Source: an uncultured Bacteriovoracaceae bacterium
Lineage (GTDB): Bacteria > Bdellovibrionota > Bacteriovoracia > Bacteriovoracales > Bacteriovoracaceae
Assembly: GCA_964012805.1 (NCBI GenBank)
Contig: CAXGUD010000023.1
Coordinates: 1-57,767 of the forward strand
DNA: 57,767 nucleotides
Reading direction: 5' to 3'
A program made the position numbers and the translations under genes. This document shows, in pieces, positions 26,301 through 35,489 of the stretch. The notes beneath the pieces were generated by a model. That model was not told the DNA's origin and ran no database searches. It saw nothing but the letters and a program-made list of their open reading frames with translations. Within the stretch, counting starts at the first letter, position 1; the number at the start of each line of letters is the position of its first letter.

Positions 26301-29048
26301 TGCCCCGGCGTTAGCGTAACCAACAAGATCCGGGCAACCGTCACCGTTCACATCCATAAAGAAGCGAGGGTGTTTCCCCGCTTTCCAGCCTTCACCTGGT
26401 TTAACTGTAAAACCACTGGTACTGACAGCTGTTTCTTTACCAAAGCCTCTCCCCGTAGCAAACGAAACGATGATTTTACCACTGGACTCAAATCCATAAA
26501 TATCAGCAAGTCCATCACCATTTAAATCCTGTACCCCTCTGATCTCTTCTCCAAAATCCCAATTGTTATTAGCAAAACCAGAGATGTCTTTAAAGTGCTT
26601 AAAACCCGTCCCTGTGGAAACATAGATAATCGTTCGGCTTCCTCCAAAACCGATGATGTCGGCCATCCCATCCCCGTTAACGTCAGCACAAGTTCTTTTA
26701 TGTTCGCCTTCGGCCCTCCATCCATGGGTAAAACCAAACTCACGAAGAAGAAGTCCATTACTCATACCGCTGTCACTGCTTGCAAAACTTTTTCCCGAGT
26801 TAAACCAAACATGGGTCCCGGCATTCCCAAAACCTACGATGTCGGGGAGTCCATCTCCGTTAATATCACAAAGCATTCTTGGGTAATCGAGTTCTTGCCA
26901 ACCCCCAGTTTTATAAGTCGGGGAAGTTTCCCCCGAACTGTGGGCCTTTCCAAGCCAGGAAATTGGCTTTTCAAATTTTCCTGGGTCATTTTGCTTCCCT
27001 AAACCAACTTTAATATTTTTCATCCCAAAGGTGATAAGGTCTGGGAGACCATCGCCATTCACATCTCTAAACTCTCTTTTTGTGTAGTCATTACAATAGG
27101 CGTACCCACCGTCTCTGGCGCATTTGTCTCTTTTATCGTTACTTGTACCGGTATTGACACTATCAGGCTTATGGTAGGCCCCAAACTTCGAAGCCGCCAC
27201 ATACCAATTATTATAACCCTGGCCATTTCTAGTCTTTAAGTTACTTTTATCGATCGGCTTTCCCGGAAGTGAAATAACACCGTGGTGACTTAACCATTTA
27301 TGGGTTTTACTAAACGCCACAACGTCAGAGGCCCCATCTCCATTTAAATCTGAAAAGGAATAAGACTCAGTGTCTGACCTTTCAGAGTAGGACATGATTC
27401 CCTTGCAAGTGGGGGATTTAAAGCCTTTTCCAGTTGAAACGGCCGTACAGACCCGATCGGTTAACCTCTTACTGTTTCCGACCTGCCAGGTGTCATAGTT
27501 TTTGTCCCATCCAGAGAGGATCCAAACTAAATCCTGCAAACCATCGCCATTACTGTCAGCGACCATTTTGATATTTTTCTCGTTCTGTTGAGGGTTTCCA
27601 TTGGTATTCGAGGGCCACGTTAACCACCTTCCATCTCCAGCGCCCGTAGCGAGAGGGCCATCCTTATTTCCATCGGAATATTGAAAGGACGTTTCAGGAA
27701 GGCAGACCATGTTTCCTGACCCCCCTTCATCTTTGTGGGACTTCCCACACATCTGAATCCAGCTTAGTAAATTTCTTTTGGTTGAATAACCTCTTCTATA
27801 GTTAAGCCTGTACTCAGTCAGGCGCTCCCAACCAGACCCTTCATTGGTATCAACGTCAATCCTAAAGAGAATGTGGTGCATATTAAACTGACGTCCGGCC
27901 CAGTACTTATCATAATCGTCGTGCCTCCAGCGGTAATTGAAGAAAACCCTTCTTGTGGTATTATCGCTGGTGTTACCGGTTCCCGTGTATCTAATTTCTC
28001 TAAGGACCGTTTCATTTTGTCCCCAGTTGGCCCAGATGACATACATATAGTTTCCACTAGTATCGGTCACCCTATGAAGATGCATTTTTTGGCGGTCAGC
28101 TTGTTGCCTAAATTCAAGGATATTTCCGTTAGGTCTACGGACTTTGACTCTACAGTTGGCCATCCCATCAATATTTAAGTTACACCCAGCTCCGCTTATA
28201 TGTTGCTCTATCCAAGCTTCGGTATTCCGACTGTTTGAGACCCGGTATATTGAACCCTTCCGACCGTAACTTCCACTCTTTAAAACTAAACGCTGCCCTT
28301 CAAAACATAATTTATCGTGGCCATCTTTTCCGACAGGACTTCTAAGACCACGAGGGACAGTTTGATTTCTCGAGCATCCTCTAACAGCAGTGTAGTTTTC
28401 AGTTCTATTGTAGCCTGATTGGTAATACCAATGATAGCTCGTACAAGTTCCCCACCAGTTTCTTCTTTTACAATAACTTTGTACCCAGCGGCCAGGAACC
28501 CAAACCTGCCTGGACTTTGTACAATCGTACTTTTCACTATTTGTTTGGGCGCTTTCAAACTTGGCGTTTGTTCCACATCTATGAAGAGACGGGAGTCCAA
28601 CAAGTTCCCAACCCACCCCAAAGTGACCGTTATCACCGTTGGATGAGTAGGCAAGCTGCAGTTTTGGCTCCATGGCCATGTGCCCTTTGGGGACAGTAAT
28701 GGGCATTGTGTATTGGGCGGCCCCTGACTTACCGTCAACGTTGAAGGCCCCTTGGATCCGTCCCCCCATAAGACCAGTTTCGGTGTGCTTGGGAGTCTTT
28801 TGTCCGCCTCCTCGGTTATCACCAGAATGCGAACTGCCATCTCCACCAACGCGATGGACATAAGCGCCCTCACCAAACTTTCCTTGGGTCGCCGATTGAA
28901 CACCACTCTCTGTCCCACCACCATAGTCACTGTCACTCGGTTCGGGATCCCCACCAGAGTACAGGGTACTCGAGGAGGTGATGAGAAGAAGAAGTCCTGT
29001 TAGGTAAAAAAACTTTTTTAAAAAACTGCGCCAATAAAGTCCTTTCAT
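20307..29048 (-). CDS. Giant secreted SpvB/FG-GAP/YD-RHS protein with beta/gamma-crystallin insert and hydrophobic C-terminal region
   Basis: Signal peptide; GAAQYTMPITVP..LAYSS..GHFGVGW (SpvB-like); multiple DVNGDGLPD (FG-GAP); YD repeats; RHS core HTDHLGNV..GARIYD..RFLSPDP..DPTGE. Confidence 0.92.
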   Translation of the reverse strand: MKGLYWRSFLKKFFYLTGLLLLITSSSTLYSGGDPEPSDSDYGGGTESGVQSATQGKFGEGAYVHRVGGDGSSHSGDNRGGGQKTPKHTETGLMGGRIQGAFNVDGKSGAAQYTMPITVPKGHMAMEPKLQLAYSSNGDNGHFGVGWELVGLPSLHRCGTNAKFESAQTNSEKYDCTKSRQVWVPGRWVQSYCKRRNWWGTCTSYHWYYQSGYNRTENYTAVRGCSRNQTVPRGLRSPVGKDGHDKLCFEGQRLVLKSGSYGRKGSIYRVSNSRNTEAWIEQHISGAGCNLNIDGMANCRVKVRRPNGNILEFRQQADRQKMHLHRVTDTSGNYMYVIWANWGQNETVLREIRYTGTGNTSDNTTRRVFFNYRWRHDDYDKYWAGRQFNMHHILFRIDVDTNEGSGWERLTEYRLNYRRGYSTKRNLLSWIQMCGKSHKDEGGSGNMVCLPETSFQYSDGNKDGPLATGAGDGRWLTWPSNTNGNPQQNEKNIKMVADSNGDGLQDLVWILSGWDKNYDTWQVGNSKRLTDRVCTAVSTGKGFKSPTCKGIMSYSERSDTESYSFSDLNGDGASDVVAFSKTHKWLSHHGVISLPGKPIDKSNLKTRNGQGYNNWYVAASKFGAYHKPDSVNTGTSNDKRDKCARDGGYAYCNDYTKREFRDVNGDGLPDLITFGMKNIKVGLGKQNDPGKFEKPISWLGKAHSSGETSPTYKTGGWQELDYPRMLCDINGDGLPDIVGFGNAGTHVWFNSGKSFASSDSGMSNGLLLREFGFTHGWRAEGEHKRTCADVNGDGMADIIGFGGSRTIIYVSTGTGFKHFKDISGFANNNWDFGEEIRGVQDLNGDGLADIYGFESSGKIIVSFATGRGFGKETAVSTSGFTVKPGEGWKAGKHPRFFMDVNGDGCPDLVGYANAGAEVRLNKSCDAKRGIRPDVLVKVYDGHAINAGQNWNKERKEGIEITYGTINHPDHGLIANDRYKENSHKRYPLIRQKSASPIVKTTVIRDRSISGHENRSHDRLVQYYYEDYIAAADRNGGAGFSTHKSRLRVNRTKGGGFDWSSVWLTFHQSGHGTNMFLMPYEKITLNKNGAYTGYQKFEYANVGNRIAGIDDMKLTKTTIMRDNPNGYGFETMAVKYNEYDGNGLLIKERHDFYNASQHNHGDITKCYWYLKDKYRGFEKPVKEIVRPGKNAQCGGGVGVNDIYTKMDYDSKGRIYRKYSGSGEAAPGQGTVRQYTDFFYDSYGRLTKSIDPSGLERHYGDFDRHHRQRKTWVQATNKTIGAGKASDMPIVTQKTTYTRRGEVATIKKGVEGIPENQWIHSATEYDAFGRSIRVFSQNPGVEAQVDLIRQIRYLKPPEDTHTLGTFAMMSFGRPDGADKEWCSTFKICGDYMDTNNFWTIRGSTNGNFTFAHEYSDTFGQIIRSEKHGLNTDDEIRVFRNEFNEMGNVIRKYMPWSNKRGGSGKAGIYQEFTYLNATDNVATVSQMDNGNNIHETRYEYHGPGGLQIRKFFPSPSGSGESQITIQKSIEGKQIWKELPNGARVNSYYNAHGLLTKMEDPIGGVVTKEYDSLGNTKKQCKGDLGCEYFTYNKLGKVIAKVNGNGEVTRFAFDKLGRPSTIWNSDGLATTYIYNKMGAPGVVIDGYGNSEAMTYNLAGDVVHTVQTIDGKSYVSASSAEGHSILPTGDRLYMADVYKGVKRKVFLNGKVIAEARNFDALGQSKVLRYANGDLAKASYDKYGKNTGLKVQCGNGKGFSDDGEWIGGSGGRECHSETSTFDDSIGKLVSVERNTSQTLANQGIGGEAGITKLNTNYSYDNMGRLTRTNTNVGHNQTFSYDQNSNLTRVGGSDAVSYNHSGSGSSRLNSTSNGARYTYDKAGRVITKTVIDSKGSLGKSNQCVRFYQHGNYQGKEYKFCPGSTPLPLSQWNDDISSFKIPAGATLKVCRDVGAGGGCWWHMSDSPWVGGAQNDLYSYFELSFNDCRMTSEDAGGCTSNASSVVKTWKFRYESQFNRVIEIDGPEGKTIFVRNAAGGVTKMIKPNGEIKLNVGPGVQIRKTAVGTINYSVSVSLMGKHVHTYTANVSNTTAAFDRKVNHTTHQYMAGMFDPTSLMGLFKYGYHKVSALLTRPNFEREMMQAVCLLFSFGLLLSMIVNIFRKRAVGKVKWWHYPMLVTVFMVTTALPVHALPLRAGLQGTGEYELGKQFFHTDHLGNVAVVTDGDGKITSSTAYDSYGQMLTQGYSSFGRDNFPNKWAKAEHVRERGKDSGLSVMGARIYDRDARRFLSPDPLSVFHSPYRYSSDPISNSDPTGEEPFTIACIVIFAIIALMTTGYAISGTWKFWEWDGKTWGYAILGGIAGAVFAAAAAFALPALAAACATACPGVAAAAGGTAGVTSAAGLKALALQAVVLGTIGAAEAAVASMITQAGNAAVNGRAFDWKKVGNAAAMGFAMGAGFAVAGAVAGSVVKPLMKKTVKTLNSFGKGATGRASSLMKKIGTATGKMFGKVDDAIMGTRAAGGWTTAKKVAGTVGSKIGRVCRATSSTIFSVARKATDKIDDMMGWVNKQVSKFDDPKWLKDWLDNPGNWKGHAEAAKRQALVGSKVGTKGATMGADDLVMDMKLTQLDEAIEGAEAAAAAAGGKHGTSETLADLVKQREGVYEEIAQMANSRSAKVGMDDLNFASARRDMSVRSYDTPMTSSGNKVIVRTDSKGITSIKASGMDKDLMISPNMFDEGALTTSQLDDFIADVKGTYGDDVAAYLKDNMKPGNFIPTEWDSVAVASQFSNVQKGIGGAQALTYLGSLDAMNNEVYRGCVTSPHEDGCAHVSNAQVYVYGALHGQNLFEQILKGNLGGVADQLDALVYENVMFADSESVRSNLSYIKGSRLPRSINRFIFGASNPYGAADWGGTGCDPLDKTCGH

Positions 29049-29381
29049 TTTTTTATCCCCAATAAGAAAGCTTTTATAAAGTTAACAATCCCAATACATT
29101 TTTTTTACATGTTAAAAATCTATCAAGTTCTATTATAAGGGGCTCCAGGCTTTTTCTTTTCTTAAATTGAGAGAAAAAAAAATTGTTTAAAGTTTTAAAA
29201 TTTTGTTAAAAAAGAGGGTTCTAGATAGTTGATTTTAAACCATGATTAGACAGTGTCTAAAACGATAAAAGTTATTGACCACTTTAGCTTTGGATGGTCT
29301 AAGGCCAAATCAGGATTCTATCAAGGCAATGCCAATTTTAAGACACGGACCTGACAAAAATTGGTCTTTTCAAAAAAAGAT

Positions 29382-29963
29382 TTATTGAGTGTCGGCAAGC
29401 TTTCTGTAATAACGACCAGTGGCCGATCTTATGAGGTAAGTTCCCTTTTTAGCTTCACCATTCCAGTTATAAGAAACTTTAAACTCATCGACTTTTAGGG
29501 CGCTTCCACCATTAATAAGGAAATAAGGTTTCCCTCTTTCAAGAACCGTTTTTTCAAACCCCATGGCATTAAAAAACTGCATGGCCCTTTTTTCTATATC
29601 CGGATGAACGGGCTCTTTTGAAAAGGTAAGTTTCTTTGTGGAGCCTTTATCGGGGACGATCAATTTTCCCTCTCTAAACATAGCGACAAGCCTCCCTTTA
29701 TGCATTGGAAACTCGCCTTTTTTTAAGACCTTAGTCGGCTCAGGAATGCTTTCTTCATAGTGGGTCTCGGGAGTTATGTTTGAAACCATGGGCACCGCTT
29801 TCGTCTCTTTGAGTTTGACGACCTTAACGGCTTTTACGGATTCTTCTCTTTTTTGAGCAGGGGCCAATTCTTTTTCTGGCCCTTGGTCTTTCACTTTATT
29901 AAAAATAAAAAGGCCTATAAAAGTCACGAACAAAAGGCCTGCTAAAACTCTTAACTTATTCAT
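29382..29963 (-). CDS. Hypothetical membrane-anchored protein
   Basis: N-terminal TM; no recognised motif. Confidence 0.6.
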   Translation of the reverse strand: MNKLRVLAGLLFVTFIGLFIFNKVKDQGPEKELAPAQKREESVKAVKVVKLKETKAVPMVSNITPETHYEESIPEPTKVLKKGEFPMHKGRLVAMFREGKLIVPDKGSTKKLTFSKEPVHPDIEKRAMQFFNAMGFEKTVLERGKPYFLINGGSALKVDEFKVSYNWNGEAKKGTYLIRSATGRYYRKLADTQ

Positions 29964-30303
29964 GGCTTCCCCCAAAAGGTTCTTCTTTTATTTTGTATCC
30001 CCTATATTTTAACCAGTTTTCATTTTTATCTCAAAATATTTTGTTAGCTCCATGTAGGCCAAACAAAATTACAAATAAATTGGGAAGTATAAAGAAATTA
30101 ATTGGGGGTAAAAGTCCTTTTTTTGCCTTCTCTTTAACTAATCTTCCTCTATGGTTATAAAAAGGCCAATACAAAGAAAATTGGCAACTTAACTCTTTTT
30201 CCTAATTCTCTTTTATGGTTTTAATTGAGCGAAAGTCTTTGATTTCAGTTCATTTGTGAAATCTCTTTATAAAACAATTCCATAAAACGTGGATAATAGG
30301 GGC

Positions 30304-33300
30304 ATGAAAAGATACGAGAAAATAATAACAATTTTTATTTTGTGGGCAATGTACGGTTGTTTACCGGATAGCTTAACTAATTTTAATGAGGATCCACCAT
30401 CCTCTCCCTACGCCACAACCCAACCCTATGAAACATCTGCGCCCCCTAATATTGTTTATGATACAGTTTCACCTTTTAAACTCCAAAGGTTTATTCCTTC
30501 ACAAAGTGGTGACTCAGGCCAGGATACGGTGGATGAATATTATAGCTCTTTCAAGCTTTACTCCACGTCATCGACCACTCCTTTCTCGACAAATAGTGAA
30601 ATGACTTTTTCTATCTCACCAGGACTTCCCGATGGGCTAACCTTTAATTCAAAAACAGGAGAAGTCAGTGGAAAGGCCACAAGTTATTTACCTAATACAA
30701 CCTTTACAGTGTCAGGAACCCACGCTTCAGGGGCACAAGTGACCACGAGTTTTGACCTTTCTGTCACCACTAAAATAGATCAGCTCAGCTACAAACAAAA
30801 AGTGGGAAAAAAGGTTCTTTTAGAATTAAGCTCCATCGTAAAAATGGAAAGCAACTATTACCTTTATAACGATGATGGCCTCTTTAGTTCCTATCACCCT
30901 ATAAACGACTCAGACTACAAAACTATCATTAATCAGGAAGGTTATAAAGCGGACGTCGTTTCTGGTTCAATCAATGAAACTTACAATACGGTGATTGCCA
31001 CCATACAATCTAATGATGCTCTTTTTAAGGCCGGAGATTTTATCGATATAGGAAACAGCTATTTTGGTAAGAAAAACAAAATTGAAAAAGTTATTTATTT
31101 TTTCGACACCTCAAGTTCCATCCTTGATTTAACCCCGTCTTTAAGTCCAGGAATAGACCAAGCTCTCGATGAGGCCGTCGAATACTCTGTAAGCCCACCT
31201 CTCACCTCCTCAAATTACCTGGTTAACTTTAACCCGAGTACGGGTGAGACAAGCGCTGACAGCAATACAGTGGACTTCCACCCAACTCAGTTTAACTTCA
31301 CGGTCAGAAATCAAAATGGAGAGGTTCAATCGACCACCCTTTGGATGGCCTTTTTTAATGGTTCTGTTACACCTGTGAATAAGATCAACTATAAAGTGAG
31401 CACGGGAGACATTTTTAAAGTTGTTCTTGAAAATAGCTCAAATTTTAATGTGGGTGATACCCTTTCAACGAGTCTTGCGGGCACGAAGGCCACCGTTCTT
31501 TCTAAAAATTACGATACCCTTCAACTTCAAGTTACCCAAGCCGTAGACGACTCTACTTTTGATTTAGGAACCGAAGTCGACAACCAAAGTACCTACGTTT
31601 GGCCTGAAACAAAAATTGCAGTGGGACAGAGGTTTTTCTCTGTTGATACAACCATTGATATTTCACCCAATAACAGTTCACACCTCTTTGATTTTAAAAT
31701 AACTCCTGACCTTCCCTCAGGTTTAACACTGAATTCAACGACAGGCCAAATAACCGGGACGACATCCTCTACAATAAAGGATGCTAATTTTACCATCACG
31801 GCCAAAAATATATTGGGCAAAGAAATCCAAACGAGTCTGGCCTTTAGTATTATGGACCCTCCCACGAACCTCTCCTATTCAAGAGACGTCTTCTTAACCC
31901 TTTCAGAGTCCTCTACGACTATTGATCAATTGGACCACATTGTTTCCTCCGGAGGTGCCAAGGGGATTGTTAAGAAAAAAGTTACGAACTCACCCTCAAC
32001 CCCCATCCTGCTTGTCAAAGTCCTCGAAGGTGAGTTTAAGACCAATGAACAAATTGATACTTCTTATAATTTTAGTAAGCCAGTCGCTTCTATAAGCTCC
32101 ATCGACTATTACGATGCTGAATTTCAGATGAGCTTTGCCTTGGATAGCTCCCTCAAAGGAAGCCTCATTATAAACGGTACCGACGAGGCAACTGCCGACC
32201 ATATAGCAAAGATTGTCCATATCGACCCAGCAAGTGACCCCGCAGACCTCTATGTGAGGATCATTAAGGGCAACTTTTCAGAGGGAACTTCCTACAACCT
32301 TAATGACACAAATAAAACGCCCGTCACCGTGAGTGACATCACCTCAGATAACCTTATGATTGGCATTCCAAGCTCCTCTCAGTCCCTCTTTTTCCCGGGG
32401 GCCTACTTCACGACTGGAGCATCCAGTGATTCAAGCTATCAGTCTAGTGGTATCGTGAATTATGTAAGCTACACCAATGACTCTTCAATTTCTGTTAATA
32501 TTCAAAAGGGTAACCCCTCATCCAATCACAAAATTTTAAATCAGTTCACTTATGAAGTCTCAAGCAGCGCCTTAGACATTTCAAGCGTTAAAACGGACTC
32601 CCTTTTTGTTGGCCACGTTGGGGAATCCTTCCGCCTGGCCCCAAGCCTTGATAAGGGGAATGAGACGAACTTAAATTTTACCGTCTCTCCAGACCTTCCT
32701 GCTGGCCTTTCCATCAATGGTTCAACTGGAGTCATTGAAGGAACTCCAACCAATGGCATAGAAAAAACATCCTATACAGTGACAGCTTCTAACGATTCGG
32801 GCGTCACCACTCATGGCCTTAATATTAAAATTCATGAGCACTTTAAGTTAAAAGTAAATGCAAATAATAACTCTACAACAAACGCCATTTTACATATTGA
32901 AGGCCAGGGGAATAATAGAACCGACTGCAGAGTCACCCTAGACCAGATCAATAATGACACGTCAACGGATACAAAAGATATCTTGTGCTACCTAGAAATC
33001 GGCGAAAATGACCTTCAAACAAATGGGCTCTCACTCAAGGTTGAAACGTCCGGCATCTGCCCTTTCGTTGAACACATTCCCTTTGGCTTTTTTAAGAAGA
33101 AGTATAACAAATCAAATGGTACTTCAGTCTACCAAGCAACAGGGCAATACACGGATGATGTTTGCAAAAACCAATGGAATGGAGGCCTAGATATTCCAGA
33201 ATACTCATCTCAGGATGGGATTACTAACCCCGGTACTTTTGGAACCACCTATGCGTCATGGACGGAGGTCTGCAATGGTGAGTGCGATGATGGAACCATA

Positions 33301-34110
33301 AGCGTGACACCTATTGTTTATCAAAAGTCCGGTGAAAAGAAATGCTTTAGTGATACCAACCAGGATGGTTTTTACGACGACGGCGAAACCATCGATACCT
33401 CTAAGACAACGGAAGCTTCTTGTAATGGTGTCAATGATTCCTGGAATTACACCTGCCTCGCCCAAACGTCATCAAACATTACTCAAACCTGCACGGGAAG
33501 TAAGCTAAGCTGTATGTCTGGACCTCTTTCAAAGCTGACCGAACTCACGCCCTCTGATATTAACAGCAGACTCGGCGTCGTCTCTGCCACGAACTCTGAG
33601 TTGAGTTATAATTATGAGGCCCCCGCCAACGTAAACGATACAGATTTGGGCAGCAACCTCAATATTTACTTAGCGAATTTCACCAAAAAAAATCAGTGTA
33701 AAAAAGAACTTTCAAATGGCCAGCCAAGTGCCTACCTCTACAATGATGTTTTGTGGGATAGTATCACAAAAAGTAACGAGGCCAATGACTCAAATGCCGG
33801 AAGGTTTCATGAGGCCAACCCCTTTTACACCTACAATTGCCTAAGTAACTCTGGAGAAATCAAGGCACGCATCAGGCTTCTTGTCAGAGAGTGGAATAGA
33901 GACTTTACAGGTAATAGTTCAATTGACCTCATTGACCCTGATTCAGTGTTACCAAGTGACAATATGGACAATACCAATGCCGTCGATAGCAACTATATTG
34001 GTACAACATGGAACCAATTTTCTGACTTCGATGATTCAGGCTCAGGTTATAATGGTGCACCGGCCTCCACTTGTAGTGAAGACGATGCTATGAGGAAGTA
34101 TGCTTTTTAA
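30304..34110 (+). CDS. Large surface lipoprotein with putative Ig (He_PIG-like) repeats and Cys-rich C-terminus
   Basis: Lipobox-like MYGC; repeats SPGLPDGLTFNSKTGEVSG, TPDLPSGLTLNSTTGQITG, SPDLPAGLSINGSTGVIEG; Ser/Thr-rich. Confidence 0.85.
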   Translation: MKRYEKIITIFILWAMYGCLPDSLTNFNEDPPSSPYATTQPYETSAPPNIVYDTVSPFKLQRFIPSQSGDSGQDTVDEYYSSFKLYSTSSTTPFSTNSEMTFSISPGLPDGLTFNSKTGEVSGKATSYLPNTTFTVSGTHASGAQVTTSFDLSVTTKIDQLSYKQKVGKKVLLELSSIVKMESNYYLYNDDGLFSSYHPINDSDYKTIINQEGYKADVVSGSINETYNTVIATIQSNDALFKAGDFIDIGNSYFGKKNKIEKVIYFFDTSSSILDLTPSLSPGIDQALDEAVEYSVSPPLTSSNYLVNFNPSTGETSADSNTVDFHPTQFNFTVRNQNGEVQSTTLWMAFFNGSVTPVNKINYKVSTGDIFKVVLENSSNFNVGDTLSTSLAGTKATVLSKNYDTLQLQVTQAVDDSTFDLGTEVDNQSTYVWPETKIAVGQRFFSVDTTIDISPNNSSHLFDFKITPDLPSGLTLNSTTGQITGTTSSTIKDANFTITAKNILGKEIQTSLAFSIMDPPTNLSYSRDVFLTLSESSTTIDQLDHIVSSGGAKGIVKKKVTNSPSTPILLVKVLEGEFKTNEQIDTSYNFSKPVASISSIDYYDAEFQMSFALDSSLKGSLIINGTDEATADHIAKIVHIDPASDPADLYVRIIKGNFSEGTSYNLNDTNKTPVTVSDITSDNLMIGIPSSSQSLFFPGAYFTTGASSDSSYQSSGIVNYVSYTNDSSISVNIQKGNPSSNHKILNQFTYEVSSSALDISSVKTDSLFVGHVGESFRLAPSLDKGNETNLNFTVSPDLPAGLSINGSTGVIEGTPTNGIEKTSYTVTASNDSGVTTHGLNIKIHEHFKLKVNANNNSTTNAILHIEGQGNNRTDCRVTLDQINNDTSTDTKDILCYLEIGENDLQTNGLSLKVETSGICPFVEHIPFGFFKKKYNKSNGTSVYQATGQYTDDVCKNQWNGGLDIPEYSSQDGITNPGTFGTTYASWTEVCNGECDDGTISVTPIVYQKSGEKKCFSDTNQDGFYDDGETIDTSKTTEASCNGVNDSWNYTCLAQTSSNITQTCTGSKLSCMSGPLSKLTELTPSDINSRLGVVSATNSELSYNYEAPANVNDTDLGSNLNIYLANFTKKNQCKKELSNGQPSAYLYNDVLWDSITKSNEANDSNAGRFHEANPFYTYNCLSNSGEIKARIRLLVREWNRDFTGNSSIDLIDPDSVLPSDNMDNTNAVDSNYIGTTWNQFSDFDDSGSGYNGAPASTCSEDDAMRKYAF

Positions 34111-34111
34111 A

Positions 34112-34145
34112 GACCCTTTCAATGAAAGGTGAAAGGGCCTTTTTA
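34112..34145. terminator. Probable terminator between convergent genes
   Basis: CCCTTTCA...TGAAAGGG followed by a T run. Confidence 0.55.
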
Positions 34146-34164
34146 ATGGATGAATTAACCAATA

Positions 34165-34740
34165 TTAGCTTTCTTGAACCTTTCTGCAAGCTAAACCAAG
34201 CCCATTGATTTCATTACTCGTTGATTTAATAATCACTTTAGTCGCGACTTGTTCTCTTGGGCAAAAGACAGCTCTATGCCACTTCCTACAATTGGCGCGC
34301 TTAAATTCTTTATAGCTATTTTTAATTGTGTAAGATCCATCATTGTGAATGGCCAATCCATAAAGCCTGATTCCTTTGAGCCTTTTATTTGATCTATTAT
34401 TTGTACAAACCTGAATACCTCTGACTTTAATATTAGAGTTATTCATCCAGCCAACGGTCTTATTTGCACTGGTTGTTGTGCATTTATCCCATGTGACCAC
34501 TAGAGAGTCCTCTTTGAAGTTCATGTCGACTTTGTAGGCATCGAGCTCACAGGGAGCGTCCCACCGCTCACCTGCGCTTAAATGGTTAACAGCATGGGTA
34601 TCGATAGCAAGCCCCTTTCTCGCAGTCTTTGTGCCGGAATAACCACTGATTGCCGTGTCTGTTGTTCAAGACCTTAATTCAAGCCCTCCAAAAGCTGAAA
34701 AGGTCATTAAAAGAAAGAGTAAAGGAAGAAGGCCTTTTTT
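34165..34740 (-). pseudogene. Secreted Cys-containing hypothetical protein interrupted by an in-frame TGA
   Basis: The frame of ORF 34165-34524 continues upstream as KKGLLPLLFLLMTFSAFGGLELRS*TTDTAISGYSG..; TGA at 34666-34668. Confidence 0.6.
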
Positions 34741-34860
34741 AGTAAATAAAAAGAGGAGCCGAGAGTAAACTAAAAATAAATTAATATAATTTAAAAGATG
34801 TACTAAAAGTTAACGTTGGGGATTCCTTAAATTGGAAGCTATTGTGGGATAAAAAAGAAA

Positions 34861-34880
34861 AGGGCCATTTTATTGGCCCT
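34861..34880 (-). terminator. Probable intrinsic terminator of the slyD-merC-like unit
   Basis: AGGGCCA-TTTTAT-TGGCCCT with a minus-strand T tract. Confidence 0.65.
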
Positions 34881-34939
34881 CATTTATTTTAAAAAAAAAT
34901 TAAAAGCATATATAACTTAGGGTTTTCCCTTTTAACTTT

Positions 34940-35419
34940 CTAGCCGTTATGTTCCGCTTCGCAGGTCCCGCCTTCATTTAGGCATTTACATTCTCTAATA
35001 TTCAGTATGTGAGATGTTACTAAGAGGATTGAGCCTGTAATCGCGAGATAAAGGACAAAAGACTCATCATGATGTGCTTCAGCGCCGCCTGCATGATGCC
35101 CACCATGTTCTTCTCCATGCCCATGAGCAAAGACTTCAATCGCAGAAACCACGACTAAGATTAAAAAACCAGTAACGCCAAATCCAAGAGTCTTTTTTGA
35201 CTGATGAAGCTTGTAGTGCGTAAAAACAGATTGGTAAAAAGACCAGGCAACAACGCCTATTAAAAGTCCATGAACCCATGGTGAGTTTATCCTATCATCT
35301 AAAGCAGGGAAAGAGAGAATGAGAAGTGGAGTAACCAAACAATGAATACCGCAAAGAATTGATACAAACATACCTGCAAAGTCGTAAGCTTGAGAACCTG
35401 ATGTGATTTCTTTTTGCAT
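34940..35419 (-). CDS. MerC-domain membrane protein with His-rich loop
   Basis: DFAGMFVSILCGIHCLVTP, HILNIREC; HGHGEEHGGHH loop; AAGGAG RBS before 35419. Confidence 0.8.
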   Translation of the reverse strand: MQKEITSGSQAYDFAGMFVSILCGIHCLVTPLLILSFPALDDRINSPWVHGLLIGVVAWSFYQSVFTHYKLHQSKKTLGFGVTGFLILVVVSAIEVFAHGHGEEHGGHHAGGAEAHHDESFVLYLAITGSILLVTSHILNIRECKCLNEGGTCEAEHNG

Positions 35420-35489
35420 AATTAAACTCCTTATCACCAATTAAATATCTAAACTACGGTCATGAAGATAGACTTTAAATACTAAGTTC

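Noticed and set aside
21005..29003. Many short ORFs overlapping the RHS gene
   Set aside because: Antisense or alternate-frame shadows of a long, relatively GC-rich CDS.
29246..29260. Palindrome TTAGACA-G-TGTCTAA upstream of the RHS gene
   Set aside because: Could be an operator, but it is a single short instance with no assignable regulator.
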